Assembly: GCA_040905465.1 (NCBI GenBank)
Contig: JBBDRK010000056.1
Location: 53,253 to 93,867 of the forward strand
DNA length: 40,615 bases
Direction: 5' to 3'
Origin: Trueperaceae bacterium
GTDB taxonomy: Bacteria > Deinococcota > Deinococci > Deinococcales > Trueperaceae
How positions within the stretch are numbered: position 1 is the first letter of the stretch; each line of letters begins with the position of its first letter. The notes under the pieces are model-generated. The model did not search any database. It saw only the letters and a list, made by a program, of their open reading frames with translations, and was not told the origin of the DNA. A program made the translations under genes and the position numbers. This document shows, in pieces, positions 8,683 through 21,145 of the stretch.

Positions 8683-9608
8683 ATCGTGGACTTTCATCAA
8701 TCGTCGTCTTCGCGTCCTTGATCTTGCTGGCCGGATGCACAATCTCCGCAGGCGGTGGTGGCGGTGGTGGTGATACCGACGATCCCTTCCCAGGGGAGAC
8801 CGTCGAGACTGTATCCGTGCAAGGCAGCTTCACATCCGATCCCGTCAGAACCGGTGTAAGCCTTGCTGCTGGTGACTCGAGAGTCTATCGGGCAGACATC
8901 AGCTCCACCGTGGCGCAGAATAATGACGTCGTCTACTTCGAAGCCGTGCCGAGTAGCGAGGGACAGGTCAGTGGCGCGATAGAGGTCACCGCCTATAACG
9001 TGTCGGGAAGCACGGCGACCGCGATACTGAGGAGCACCACCAGCTCGTGGTTCGGCTTGCCTAACGATCCAGGTCTGGCCGGCTTGGGACTCGGTGACGA
9101 CTTCGCCGCCAGCGGGATCGGCAACAACGCACCTCGCTGCGGCGGTCCCTGCGTAGTCGTGCCAACTCCTGCGAGCGCCGGCAGCGCCTACATTCGGGTG
9201 CGGGCTCTCGAAAACACCGATTTCGATCTCTATGTCGTTGCTACCGACTACTTCGACACCGGGGAGCCCAATAACGGGACCTCGTCCGAGGCCGTAACGG
9301 TTACGCCGGATACGGACGGTTTCCTCACCGACTCCGGGACTATCGAGACGGTGGGCGACAAGGACTGGTATGTACCCGACCGCGATGTAGGACAGGTGTC
9401 ATTCGTTGCGGCGACAAGCGGCAATCCGGTTGCCTTGGTAGCCCGGATTTACACCGAGGACGGAAGCTTCGACGATAGCATTGGCCCGGGTGAGACCTAC
9501 GTACTACCTTTCAATGAGCCTCTGCAGCGGTTCAAGGTGGAGGTTCGGTCGAGCGAGAGCCGTGCTGCCGGCGCCGGTACCGCGGCGTACACCTTGACGT
9601 TCGAATAG
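8679..9608 (+). CDS. Lipoprotein with Gly linker and probable PPC-like beta domains
   Basis: Signal peptide with lipobox LAGC, Gly7, DTGEPNN and GTIETVGDKDWY motifs; alternative in-frame ATG at 8661. Confidence 0.8.
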   Translation: MNRGLSSIVVFASLILLAGCTISAGGGGGGGDTDDPFPGETVETVSVQGSFTSDPVRTGVSLAAGDSRVYRADISSTVAQNNDVVYFEAVPSSEGQVSGAIEVTAYNVSGSTATAILRSTTSSWFGLPNDPGLAGLGLGDDFAASGIGNNAPRCGGPCVVVPTPASAGSAYIRVRALENTDFDLYVVATDYFDTGEPNNGTSSEAVTVTPDTDGFLTDSGTIETVGDKDWYVPDRDVGQVSFVAATSGNPVALVARIYTEDGSFDDSIGPGETYVLPFNEPLQRFKVEVRSSESRAAGAGTAAYTLTFE

Positions 9609-9627
9609 GCAGGAAGCTCTACAGCTG

Positions 9628-9680
9628 AAGTGGAGCGCAAGCCGGAGCGGATCACCGTCTCCTCATTGCGCTCCACTTTT
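9628..9680 (+). terminator. Stem-loop / probable terminator after the lipoprotein gene
   Basis: AAGTGGAGCGCAA (9628-9640) is the exact inverted repeat of TTGCGCTCCACTT (9666-9678), with a nested inner stem and a T4 tail. Confidence 0.6.
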
Positions 9681-9698
9681 GGCGAGCTAACCTGAGTC

Positions 9699-10613
9699 AT
9701 GCGTTCAATCGTTCTGATCGCCGTCGCGATCCTGCTGCCGGGGGCATTCGCCCTGAGCTGCGAATCCGAATTGCGCGAAAACGTGAACCTGCTTCCGGCC
9801 GACACGCCGCCGGGAGTCCTTTCCGCCGAGCTTCTGGCGGCCGCGGTTCACTGGGTCGAGCCGGCGCTGCCGGCGCTCGTGTGGTCGGCGGAGGTGCCGT
9901 TGGAGCCCGGTGACGCCGGCTACGACGCCGTGCGTTATCTCGCGGAACGCGGGTTGCTGCCGAGCGGCTGGCGCGCCGACGAGCTCTCGGCCGAGACTTG
10001 GGGCGCCATGCTTTCGCGGTTCCTCGGCTGGTACGGGCTGTCCGCCAGACAGGTGAGGGCCGATCCCGGCCGCGAGCAACTGGTCACCGACCTCGCCTCC
10101 GCGCTCGGCGCGGTCGGTGAGAGCGTCAGGCCACTCGCTCTCATAGCGTCGTCCGAGGAGGACAGATCGCAGATCGCATTCCTGGGCGTAGTCTGGAACT
10201 GGACTGTCTACCCGCGGTTGATCATCATGCGACCAAAAATCGACCAGGATCTGGCCGGCGGGCTGCGTCCGCTACTCGACGAGCTCGGCAACTGCGTGGT
10301 GCGGTTGGAGCATTACGTCTATGCCCCCGAAGACACCGCGCGCAACCTGTTCCTCACAAACGGCGATGCGCGCATGTATGTCGTCGGCAGCGAGCCGGAG
10401 CTGCAGGCGTGGCCGCTATTGGTACCGGACGGGCAGGAGGACGACTATTTCTCCTTCCTGGCGCCGCAGGTGAGCGAGCTGGTCGCTTACGCCGCCGCCT
10501 TCGACGGCAGCCGCCTGGGCGTCCGCTCGCTGATGGCGCTGATGCCTCGGTTGCGAACGAACCTGCCGCCGACCCGAATCCCGGGCATGCTGCGAACGCC
10601 TTTCGCACAGTAG
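9699..10613 (+). CDS. Secreted hypothetical protein (possible SLH-like segment)
   Basis: Signal peptide MRSIVLIAVAILLPGAFA; GYDAVRYLAERGLL weakly resembles SLH; GC3-rich codons. Confidence 0.65.
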   Translation: MRSIVLIAVAILLPGAFALSCESELRENVNLLPADTPPGVLSAELLAAAVHWVEPALPALVWSAEVPLEPGDAGYDAVRYLAERGLLPSGWRADELSAETWGAMLSRFLGWYGLSARQVRADPGREQLVTDLASALGAVGESVRPLALIASSEEDRSQIAFLGVVWNWTVYPRLIIMRPKIDQDLAGGLRPLLDELGNCVVRLEHYVYAPEDTARNLFLTNGDARMYVVGSEPELQAWPLLVPDGQEDDYFSFLAPQVSELVAYAAAFDGSRLGVRSLMALMPRLRTNLPPTRIPGMLRTPFAQ

Positions 10614-10619
10614 CGGGAA

Positions 10620-10661
10620 CAGCGAAACGGGGGCCTGTTCCGACAGGTCCCCGTTTCGCTG
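10620..10661. terminator. Hairpin between convergent genes (bidirectional terminator-like)
   Basis: CAGCGAAACGGG-GGCCTGT-tccg-ACAGGTC-CCCGTTTCGCTG. Confidence 0.75.
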
Positions 10662-10687
10662 ATGTGACGATCGAGTCGAGCGCGAGC

Positions 10688-11347
10688 TTACGGATTACCC
10701 CACGGCTGGCTTGCCAGGTAGGCGATGACGGCGTCCGTGTCCTCGGCGCTCAGGGCGCTGGCCACGACATGCATCGCGTTGGGCAGTGGCGCGCCGAAGT
10801 CCGGAACCTGCGCGAACTCCGCAAGGATTCCTTTCAGGTAGCCGGGGGCCTGACCGGTGATGCGAGGCACGCCCAGGGAAGCCACGCCGTCGCCGGCGGG
10901 CCCGTGGCACACTGCACATGCGATCAGCCCTCCTTCGACGTCGCCCTCGGCGAAGAGCTCTCCTCCGCGTTCGACCAGTGCCGGATCCTGCCCGGGCCAC
11001 GGCGCACCGGCCGGATCCTGACCCGAGAAGTAGGCGGCGAGGTCGGCGATCTCCTGATAGCTCAGGGTAGAGGCGATCGGATTCATGATGGCGCTCGGGC
11101 GCCGTCCCTCCTTGAGAACGAAGAGCTGCACCGCGAGATACGGCTGGACCTGACCGGCGAGGCGCGGAAAGGTGGGAACGGTCGAGTTGCCGTTTGCACC
11201 GTGGCAGGCTGCGCAGGTCTCGTTGGCGATTGCGGCGCCGCGCTCGGCGTCCCCCGTCAACAGGAGCGGGGGTGGGGGATTTTCCTGGGCGAACCCTGCT
11301 ACGAACCCTACGACGACGAATGCAAATAGAACCCTGGTAATACGCAC
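10688..11347 (-). CDS. Di-haem cytochrome c4-type
   Basis: Signal peptide, two CxxCH motifs (CAACH, CAVCH), PRLAGQ and PRITGQ, distal Met in each domain. Confidence 0.92.
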   Translation of the reverse strand: MRITRVLFAFVVVGFVAGFAQENPPPPLLLTGDAERGAAIANETCAACHGANGNSTVPTFPRLAGQVQPYLAVQLFVLKEGRRPSAIMNPIASTLSYQEIADLAAYFSGQDPAGAPWPGQDPALVERGGELFAEGDVEGGLIACAVCHGPAGDGVASLGVPRITGQAPGYLKGILAEFAQVPDFGAPLPNAMHVVASALSAEDTDAVIAYLASQPWGNP

Positions 11348-11454
11348 GGCGATCCTCCAGTTCAGATTTGCGCCGACTGTATCACGAGTCGTGCGATCGG
11401 AACCGCTGGATCTGCTGATGGTTCAGGGGACAGTGCCACGTGAGTAGCGTCGGA

Positions 11455-12371
11455 TCAACCAGTTGCAGTCCGAGCGGAGACCGCTTCATTCAGTTCGTCA
11501 CGCATCGCGATGACCGCTTGCTGTGATCGTTCCGCGAAATCGTCCTGATCGGTCAGGTAGGTCAGCGACCGGGAAGCGCTGACGACGGCGCTGCCACCGG
11601 CGTCGAACGCGGCCGCGGCCCCAGGTGCCCCGCCACCCTGCTCCCCGAAGCCGGGGACCAGGAGCAGGCTGAGTGGCATGAGTCGCCGGATCTCCGCCAG
11701 CTCCTCCGGAAAGGTGGCGCCAACCACGGCGCCGATCAGAGAACGACCGTGAGGGTCGAGCGATGCCGACGCTAGATCGTGCAGCTGAGCGGCCAGGTGC
11801 TCCCACACCCGTTTGCCGTTCTCGAGGCGTTGGTCCTGCAGGTCGGCAGAGCCGGGATTCGACGTCTTCAGCACTACCAGCAACCCCCGCCCGGAGCGGG
11901 CGGCTGCCGCGATCAAGGGTCGCAAGGTGTCGAGTCCCAGGTACGCATTGACGGTGAGCGCGTCGGCCGCGAATACGCCGTCGGCGAGGTAGGCTTCGGC
12001 ATAGGCAGCGGCCGTGCTGTCGATATCGCCGCGCTTGCCGTCGAGTATCACCGGAACTCCGGAATCGCGCAGGTCGGCCAGCAGTTGTGCCAAGGCGATC
12101 ATGCCGGGGATACCCATGGCCTCGAAAAAGGCGCTTTGCAGCTTGTAGCAGGCCACCAGCTCAGACGTACTCGAAACGATCGCCTGGAAGTAGTGGACGA
12201 CGCCCCGGGCAGTCTTGGCCGGATCGCCTGAGAAGCGATCCGGGTGGGTGAGCGGATGCAATGCCGGCCGCGGATCGATTCCCAGGCACACCCTCGAGTT
12301 CAGGCGTTGAGATCGCTCGGCGATCCGTCCTGCGAAGGATTCGGCGACCGCCGCTGCCTCACTCTCCTCGC

Positions 12372-12375
<4 letters not shown>
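11455..12375 (-). CDS. pyrF: Orotidine-5'-phosphate decarboxylase
   Basis: CLGIDP, YKLQSAFFE, ILDGKRGDIDST, KTSNPGS, GAVVGAT, LLVPGFGEQGG, SASRS; TTG overlaps the secA stop. Confidence 0.95.
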
Positions 12376-15164
<2,789 letters not shown>

Positions 15165-15429
15165 TCCCGACCTTTCTCGGAATGATCTTACCGAGATTCG
15201 CTTTTGGCGCTTCTGGCACGCCGTACATTGTGACGGCACCGGGGCCGCCTGGGGCTGCAATCGCGGCGCTGACACGCGCCAGACACATCTGGTAAGTCTA
15301 CCACGCACTGTCCACTTTCCCTTGACCGCACTTTGCGTTTGCCCACGCTAATGAGCCACACCGTGCGCGAGGGCGCCGCAAAGCGGCGGGTCGACGTCGG
15401 CGCCACATGCGCGGTCACCGAGAGCGCCC

Positions 15430-15981
15430 CTAGTCGACCGCCGGAGCCCCTGCCGAGGTTTGATCCGTTGCGGCCGCGTCGACCATGGTCAGGGAGTTCG
15501 AGCCGTAACGCTTGAGCCGCCCGGGGATCGAAAGTTCCAGGTTGCTCGGATGCTGGAAGACGTACAGCCCGCCGCTTCGGGCGGGGCCCGCCGTGAGGAT
15601 CGCAGTGAAGATCTCCTCCAGGTCGAGCGGATAGGGCGGTGCGGCGAAGACCACTTCGAAACCATCGCGATTTCCCGCGAACGCGAGCGCGTCGCCGCGC
15701 ACGACCTCGACCTGCAGCCCCAGGTTCCGTGCGTTGCGGGCGATCACTGCGGCCGCCTCGCGACTTAGGTCGACGCAGGTGGCTTGCCAGCCGCGGCTGG
15801 CAGCCTCCAGGCCGATCGCCCCGGAGCCGCTGTAGAGGTCGAGGAACGGACCGGGTTCGTGGAACGCCAGAATGTCGAAGAGCGCCTCACGCAGTCGGCT
15901 GGGTGATGGCCTGGTGCCGCGGCGAGGGGTGTCGATGGGGCGAGCGTGGGCGGTGCCGCCGATGATGCGGGGTTTGGGCAT
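15430..15981 (-). CDS. rsmD: RsmD-family RNA methyltransferase
   Basis: PRIIGGTA...TRPSPSRLREALFDIL, FLDLYSGSGAIGLEAASRG, FAAPPY, KRYGSNSL. Confidence 0.88.
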   Translation of the reverse strand: MPKPRIIGGTAHARPIDTPRRGTRPSPSRLREALFDILAFHEPGPFLDLYSGSGAIGLEAASRGWQATCVDLSREAAAVIARNARNLGLQVEVVRGDALAFAGNRDGFEVVFAAPPYPLDLEEIFTAILTAGPARSGGLYVFQHPSNLELSIPGRLKRYGSNSLTMVDAAATDQTSAGAPAVD

Positions 15982-16159
15982 GCTCGGCCATTGTCGGGTT
16001 ATTTCGCCTGGAACGCAAGCAGCAGACGCCCTATAGGTCATGCGTCCGATCAAGGGAAGCCGCTGATTGCGCCGCTGCTCATCGAAGGCTGGGCAAGTGC
16101 CGGCCGGTACTTGCGCCTTTATCCCTTCGCGTTTGACGCCGCGCGTTATAGCGTCTATC

Positions 16160-16416
16160 ATGATCAGGAGTTTTCGAGAGCCAGAAATGAGCGAGTCTTC
16201 AACCGGGAGCGGTCTCGAAAACTGCCCTACGAGATTCAGCAGCTGGCGTACAGGAAGTTGCGAATGCTCAATAACGCGAAGAGACTGTCAGATATGGAAC
16301 TTCCGCCGGGCAACCGGTTGGAGCGACTAAAGGGAGAACGGTCGGAACAGCACAGCATTCGCATTAACAGGCGGTGGCGGATTTGCTTCGAGTGGCGCGA
16401 GGGAGGAGGGGGATGA
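16160..16416 (+). pseudogene. higB: HigB/RelE-family toxin pseudogene (1-nt deletion near 16188; C-terminus truncated)
   Basis: MIRSFREPE in one frame joins ERVFNRERSRKLP...PPGNRLERLKGERSEQHSIRINRRWRICFEW in another; ends REGGGG* without the usual VEIVDYH tail. Confidence 0.85.
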
Positions 16417-16718
16417 AGGAAGTGGATCGACTGAACCCCGTTCATCCCGGTGAGATTCTTTTGGAAGAGTTCCTCAAACCGATGAATATCAGCCAGAACC
16501 AGCTTGCGCTGAGTGTGAGGGTCCCAGCGCGCCGGATAAACGAGATAGTTTTGGGCAGGCGTCGCATCACCGCGGACACCGCACTTCGATTAGCCAAATT
16601 CTTTGGTACTTCAGCGGAGTTCTGGCTGGGCCTTCAGACGGATTACGACCTCGACGTGGCACGCGATGCCCTAGGCGACAGCCTGGACCGCGATGTCCTG
16701 CCGGCCGGTAGTCGCTAG
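16413..16718 (+). CDS. higA: HigA-family antitoxin (XRE HTH)
   Basis: PVHPGEILLEEFLKP...SQNQLA...RINEIVLGRRRITADTALRLAKFFGTSAEFWLGLQTDYDL. Confidence 0.95.
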   Translation: MKEVDRLNPVHPGEILLEEFLKPMNISQNQLALSVRVPARRINEIVLGRRRITADTALRLAKFFGTSAEFWLGLQTDYDLDVARDALGDSLDRDVLPAGSR

Positions 16719-17017
16719 GTTGGATTGTCCCAGACGCGACGTCTGCTAAGCTCCGCCTTCTCGGTAAACGTCTTCTCGAGGTCGATATCGAGCAAGTTCG
16801 CGAAATCGCACAGGTTCCGCACAGGTCGTAGATCTCGTGGCCGGCGTTGCGGTGCGCCTCCGCGTGGTCGTCGTTCTTCCACTGGAGCCTGAGAAGCTCC
16901 CTGCTGAGCTCGTCCACCTCCGAAACGAGACAGCGAAACCGCTGATAGGGATTGCGGTCCTTGAAGGTGCTTCGCGCATAGCTCTCTTGCGTTTTGCTGG
17001 ATCTCTGCGATCGTCGT
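16715..17017 (-). pseudogene. MazG-like NTP pyrophosphohydrolase pseudogene (two frameshifts, no start)
   Basis: Three frames join to TIAEIQQNARELCAKH / FKDRNPYQRFRCLVSEVDELSRELL...AGHEIYDL / NLCDFANLLDIDLEKTFTEKAELSRRRVWDNPT*; MazG-like ExxE...ExxD and ANxxxIDL pattern. Confidence 0.7.
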
Positions 17018-17109
17018 ACGCCAGCCTACCCAGTGGTCTCAGGGGCTCGAGGAAACCTGCTCCTGGGCGCAAGGCGCTACTGGAATGGCAACTGGTACTC
17101 CGCCCACGC

Positions 17110-17115
17110 TATACT
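17110..17115 (+). promoter_or_regulatory. -10 TATACT, leaderless promoter
   Basis: 7 nt upstream of ATG 17123; no SD. Confidence 0.6.
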
Positions 17116-17122
17116 CGCGCCG

Positions 17123-17485
17123 ATGAACCTGTTGCTCCGTTTAGCGCTCAACGCCGTGGCCCTCTGGGTGACAGCCGAACTGGCGCTGGGAATCAGCTTC
17201 TCTCGCTCCGGTCTCGGGCCGATCCTGCTGACCGCCCTGGTTCTCGGCCTCGTGAACACCATCGTGCGGCCGGTGATGATAATCCTGACCCTGCCGCTCA
17301 CTGTCGCCACCATGGGACTGTTCCTGCTGGTTGTCAACGGCATAGCCCTGTGGCTGGTGGCCACCATCACGCCACTCCAGGTTCACGGATTCGGCGGCGC
17401 CATCCTCGGCGCCCTGGTGCTCACCGTGATCAGCTGGGCCCTTGCCCGACTCTCGGGCGGTCGAAGCAAACGGCTCTGGGTTTAG
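17123..17485 (+). CDS. YvlD-like 4-TM membrane protein (phage holin family 4)
   Basis: ALVLGLVNTIVRPVMIILTLPLTVATMGLFLLVVNG...GFGGAILGALV. Confidence 0.9.
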   Translation: MNLLLRLALNAVALWVTAELALGISFSRSGLGPILLTALVLGLVNTIVRPVMIILTLPLTVATMGLFLLVVNGIALWLVATITPLQVHGFGGAILGALVLTVISWALARLSGGRSKRLWV

Positions 17486-17562
17486 CCGAGTTTTCGACTC
17501 GCCGGCGGTACTTCCAGTGGTGCAGGCGCGGGGGCAAGGCTTCGAAGTTAGCCGCCGGCAAT

Positions 17563-18159
17563 TCAGCCGCGCGGGAGGTACTTTTCCCAGATCGGATCGA
17601 TGTTCGGCAACAGGCCGTAGGCGGCGGAGAAGATGAAGCGCGGCGCCACCGGCTTGCGGTTGAGGTTCATCTTCGCCTCGTCCGGAGTACGGTCGCGCTT
17701 CTTGGCATTGCACTTCCGGCAACAGGCGACCACGTTGACCCAACTGGTCGGGCCGCCACGGCTGCGGGGCAGTACGTGATCCAGCGTCAGATCGTTCGAG
17801 TGGATGCCGCAGTACTGGCAGGCGTGGTCGTCCCGTCGGAAGACGTTCTTGCGGTTGAACGCGACTCTCTGACGGTGCGGCCTGCGAATGTAACGGCGCA
17901 GCCGGATGACGCTGGGAACCGGAAAGACGCTGGTGGGCGCACGCAGTACCTGGCCGCCGTCCTCGACCCGTTCCGCCGCATCATGCATGAGCAGCGAAAC
18001 CGCTCGCTTTACCGAACAGACGTGCAGCGGTTCGTATGAAGCATTGAGGATGAGCACCCGCGCCGCGTTGAGGTTGCGGATCGGCTGACCGACCGCGCCG
18101 GCCGGCGGGGTGGGCGTTATCCTGTTTTCCAGTTCCTTGCTGGCGGCGTCGACCTCCAA
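17563..18159 (-). CDS. HNH endonuclease (McrA-like, widespread housekeeping type)
   Basis: VLILNASYEPL, PSVIRL, RDDHACQYCG, LTLDHVLPRSRGG...NVVACCRKCNAKK; TATAAT at 18174-18179 (minus strand). Confidence 0.9.
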   Translation of the reverse strand: MEVDAASKELENRITPTPPAGAVGQPIRNLNAARVLILNASYEPLHVCSVKRAVSLLMHDAAERVEDGGQVLRAPTSVFPVPSVIRLRRYIRRPHRQRVAFNRKNVFRRDDHACQYCGIHSNDLTLDHVLPRSRGGPTSWVNVVACCRKCNAKKRDRTPDEAKMNLNRKPVAPRFIFSAAYGLLPNIDPIWEKYLPRG

Positions 18160-18212
18160 GACGATCTGGCCGAATTATAGCCTGTGGTCGATGCCGGCGG
18201 GAGTAGGGCGGG

Positions 18213-19241
18213 TCACCTGCGCTCCAGCGCAAGGTCCACCAGCCGCCGAACCAGCTCGCGGTAGTCCACCCCGGCAGCTTCCCACAGCTTTGGATACATC
18301 GAGGTCGAGGTGAACCCCGGCATCGTGTTGATCTCGTTCAGCAGGAGTGTGTCCTCTTCCTCCAGGTAAAAGAAGTCCACGCGGGCCAGGCCGGCCGCGT
18401 CGATCGCCAGGAAGGCGCGGCGCGCGAGATCGCGGCAGCGCCGCGCCACGCCTGCCGGCACCTCCGCCGGGATCAGCATGCGTGAGCGGCCCTCGGTGTA
18501 TTTGGCCCCGTAGTCGTAGAAGTCGCTGTCGAAGCGTATCTCGCCGACCGGGCTGATCTCGGGTCGATCGTTGCCGAGAACGCCGACTTCCAGTTCGCGG
18601 GCCGCCACCACGCCTTGCTCGACGATCACCCGACGGTCGTATCGAAGCGCCTGCTCGACTGCCTGTTCCAGCTCCGTCGGGTCGCGTGCCCGGCCGATGC
18701 CGACGCTCGAGCCCAGGTTCGCCGGCTTCACGAACAGCGGATAGGGAAGATCGATCCCCTCCACAACCTCGCGCCGCTCATCACGCCAGGCGGCCCGGGT
18801 TATCCCCCGATAGGGAACCTGTGGCAACCCGGCAGCGGCGAACACGCTCTTCATCATCAGCTTGTCCATGCCCACCGCGCTGCTCAGGACCCCTGACCCC
18901 ACGAATGGAATGCCGAGCAGCCGAAGAAGCCCCTGGACGGTACCGTCTTCACCGTTAGGCCCGTGCAGCAGAGGGAAGACGACATCGAAGCCCGCGCCAT
19001 CGTCACCCATCGTCGGCAGCCTCGCCAGCTCCCCGGTTCCCGCTCCGGTCTCGGCCGCACCCGAGGTAAGGGCCCGCTCGGAGGCTTCGCCGGAGAGCAG
19101 CTTGCCCCCCTTGTCTATGACCAGCGGTGTCACCGCGAAGCTGCCGGCGAGAGCGTGAAGGACCGAGCGCGCCGAGGCCAGCGAGACCTCGTGCTCGCCA
19201 GACTCGCCACCGCACAGGAGCAGGACCCGAGGCTTCGTCAC
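18213..19241 (-). CDS. ddl: D-alanine--D-alanine ligase
   Basis: GGESGEHEVS, FPLLHGPNGEDG, FVKPANLGSSVGI, FYDYGAKY, NEINTMPGFT. Confidence 0.97.
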   Translation of the reverse strand: MTKPRVLLLCGGESGEHEVSLASARSVLHALAGSFAVTPLVIDKGGKLLSGEASERALTSGAAETGAGTGELARLPTMGDDGAGFDVVFPLLHGPNGEDGTVQGLLRLLGIPFVGSGVLSSAVGMDKLMMKSVFAAAGLPQVPYRGITRAAWRDERREVVEGIDLPYPLFVKPANLGSSVGIGRARDPTELEQAVEQALRYDRRVIVEQGVVAARELEVGVLGNDRPEISPVGEIRFDSDFYDYGAKYTEGRSRMLIPAEVPAGVARRCRDLARRAFLAIDAAGLARVDFFYLEEEDTLLLNEINTMPGFTSTSMYPKLWEAAGVDYRELVRRLVDLALERR

Positions 19242-19304
19242 GATGGGTGGACGATCGATTGGACGTCGTGCGTGTGTAGGTTACACATCGTGCACATGAT
19301 ACTG

Positions 19305-20108
19305 TTAGTCATCCCGCTGGTCAAGTTCACCGTGCGCCTGCCAAGCCGGCGCGCGCTTCTCGAGGAACGCCGCTACCCCTTCGCGCAGCTCCTCGCTGGA
19401 ACGGGCGCGTGCGTTGACGGTGGCGGCCAACTCGAGGGCCTCGGTCAGCGGCAGCCCCGACGTTCTCACGAGGAGCCGTTTGGTCTCCGAAACTGCCTCC
19501 GGCGCGTTTTCGGCCATGGACCGTGCCCGCTCCATGGCCCGCCCCAGCACCTCGCCGGCCGGGAGCGCTTCGCTTGCCAGGCCGCGAGCGACCGCCTCGC
19601 GAGCATCGATCAGCCGCGCCTCCAGCAGCAGCTCCCGGGTGACACGCTCACCGGCGAGCCGGGACAGGAACACGCTCACCAGGGCGGCAACGAATCCGAT
19701 TCGGACCTCGCTGTAACCGAGCCTGGCGCCTTCGCTCACCACCACGATGTCGCATAGCGAGGCGAGCCCCGCCCCTCCCGCCACTGCGTGGCCGTTTACC
19801 GCCGCCACCAGTGGTTTGGGAAACGCGAACACCCGCAGGAACAACTCGCCCAGCTCACGCGAGTCCGCCAGATGTTCTTCAAAACTGCCATTCAGGACGG
19901 AGCCGAGCTCGTCGAGGTCCATTCCGGCGCAAAAGGCGCTCCCACTGCCGGTCATAACTACCGCCCTCACCCGTCGGTCGCCGGCCGCTTCGTCGAGCGC
20001 CTCTGCCAGGCGCCGTCTCAGTTCCAGACTGAGCGCATTTCGTACCTCGGGCCTGTTGAGCGTGAGGACGCGGACAGCTCCATCGTCTTTGCTCAGGATG
20101 ACGGACAT
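19305..20108 (-). CDS. Enoyl-CoA hydratase/isomerase (methylglutaconyl-CoA hydratase-like)
   Basis: LTLNRPEVRNAL, AFCAGMDL, AAVNGHAVAGGAGL, EGVAAFLEKRAP; TACAAT 5 nt upstream (leaderless). Confidence 0.9.
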   Translation of the reverse strand: MSVILSKDDGAVRVLTLNRPEVRNALSLELRRRLAEALDEAAGDRRVRAVVMTGSGSAFCAGMDLDELGSVLNGSFEEHLADSRELGELFLRVFAFPKPLVAAVNGHAVAGGAGLASLCDIVVVSEGARLGYSEVRIGFVAALVSVFLSRLAGERVTRELLLEARLIDAREAVARGLASEALPAGEVLGRAMERARSMAENAPEAVSETKRLLVRTSGLPLTEALELAATVNARARSSEELREGVAAFLEKRAPAWQAHGELDQRDD

Positions 20109-20254
20109 GGCCGATTGTACCCATCGAAAAGCGCGTGCCGGGCGCGCCGGTTCGGCCCGTGACCCAACGCCAGTCCGACCGTTCGCGACGACTCGGCCGG
20201 CGTCAGTGCAGGACTGCGCAGCGCCGGCGGCGGGTGGAGGCATATAACCTCTCT

Positions 20255-21130
20255 ATGAAACGTTACCTGCTGCTCGTCCTGCCGTTACTGCTCGCCGCCT
20301 GCGCTCCCGGTGTCTCGTCCGTGATCGCTCCGCCTACCTTTCGCGTCGTGGAGTCGGAGACTGCCCTCGTGCGGCTGGAGCCGGCCGGCGTCGGCTCGGG
20401 CAGTGCACTGATCCATCTGGAGCTGGAAGCAGTCAACTCGAACCCGTTCGCCATGGAGCTCGCCGGTCTCGACGGCGACCTCTACCTGGGCGGCCAACGG
20501 GTGGCCGGCAGCACGTTCGAGGGCGGCCTCGTCCTCCCTTCCCGCGGCACCTCCAGGCTCGGACTCGACATCGAGGTACCGGTACAGGGAGCGCCGCAGC
20601 TCCTGTCCCAGCTTGCCCGGTTGGTCGCCGGCGATTCGGTGGCCTATCGCATGGACGCTACTGCCACAGTCAATGTGCTGGGCGCCCCCCAGCGCTTCCC
20701 GTCGCTGACCGTGGCGCAGGGCGACCTGCGTGCGCCTGGCGGCTTGCGCCCTCCCACGGTTCGCCTGGACCCCGCCGCCAGCGAGGTTCGCTTCAGCGGA
20801 CTCGGCGTCCAGGTGGACGTGGGGCTTGTCCTCGATAACCCGTTGCCGATCGGCTATTTCGTGCGAGGGCCGCAGTTGACCCTCCAGGTCGATGGCCGTT
20901 CGGTCGGTCGGGCCTCACTGCCACGGGTGCCGGTGCCGGCCGCGAGCTCATCGACGGCGTTGCTGCGCTTCGACCTGAGCCTTGCCGATGTAGGCGCTGC
21001 CATGATGGCCCGCCTTCGAGGTGGAACGAGCGGCCTGCGGCTGGCGCTGAGCGGCGAGCTGGCGCTGGAGATTCCGGGGATCGCGTCGCTCAGTCGGCCC
21101 TTGGGTGAGGTACGAGGCGTGCTGCCCTAA
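20255..21130 (+). CDS. Lipoprotein with tandem LEA_2/WHy domains
   Basis: Lipobox LAAC; two WHy-like repeats (LEAVNSNPFAMELAGLDGDLYLGG and LVLDNPLPIG...LQVDG). Confidence 0.8.
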   Translation: MKRYLLLVLPLLLAACAPGVSSVIAPPTFRVVESETALVRLEPAGVGSGSALIHLELEAVNSNPFAMELAGLDGDLYLGGQRVAGSTFEGGLVLPSRGTSRLGLDIEVPVQGAPQLLSQLARLVAGDSVAYRMDATATVNVLGAPQRFPSLTVAQGDLRAPGGLRPPTVRLDPAASEVRFSGLGVQVDVGLVLDNPLPIGYFVRGPQLTLQVDGRSVGRASLPRVPVPAASSSTALLRFDLSLADVGAAMMARLRGGTSGLRLALSGELALEIPGIASLSRPLGEVRGVLP

Positions 21131-21145
21131 CTGAGGGTTGCCGGT

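Noticed and set aside
15165-15308. N-terminal extensions in the ORF track for secA (also truA, rsmD, enoyl-CoA hydratase, efp, folD, CPBP, flippase)
   Set aside because: Homology, SD/-10 placement and gene overlaps indicate downstream starts.
15430-15981. RsmD APPY instead of DPPY as inactivation
   Set aside because: The rest of the protein is intact and, from memory, the APPY variant occurs in Thermus homologs.
17123-18159. Prophage remnant (holin + HNH)
   Set aside because: YvlD-like and this HNH type are common chromosomal genes; they are convergent and no phage genes are nearby.
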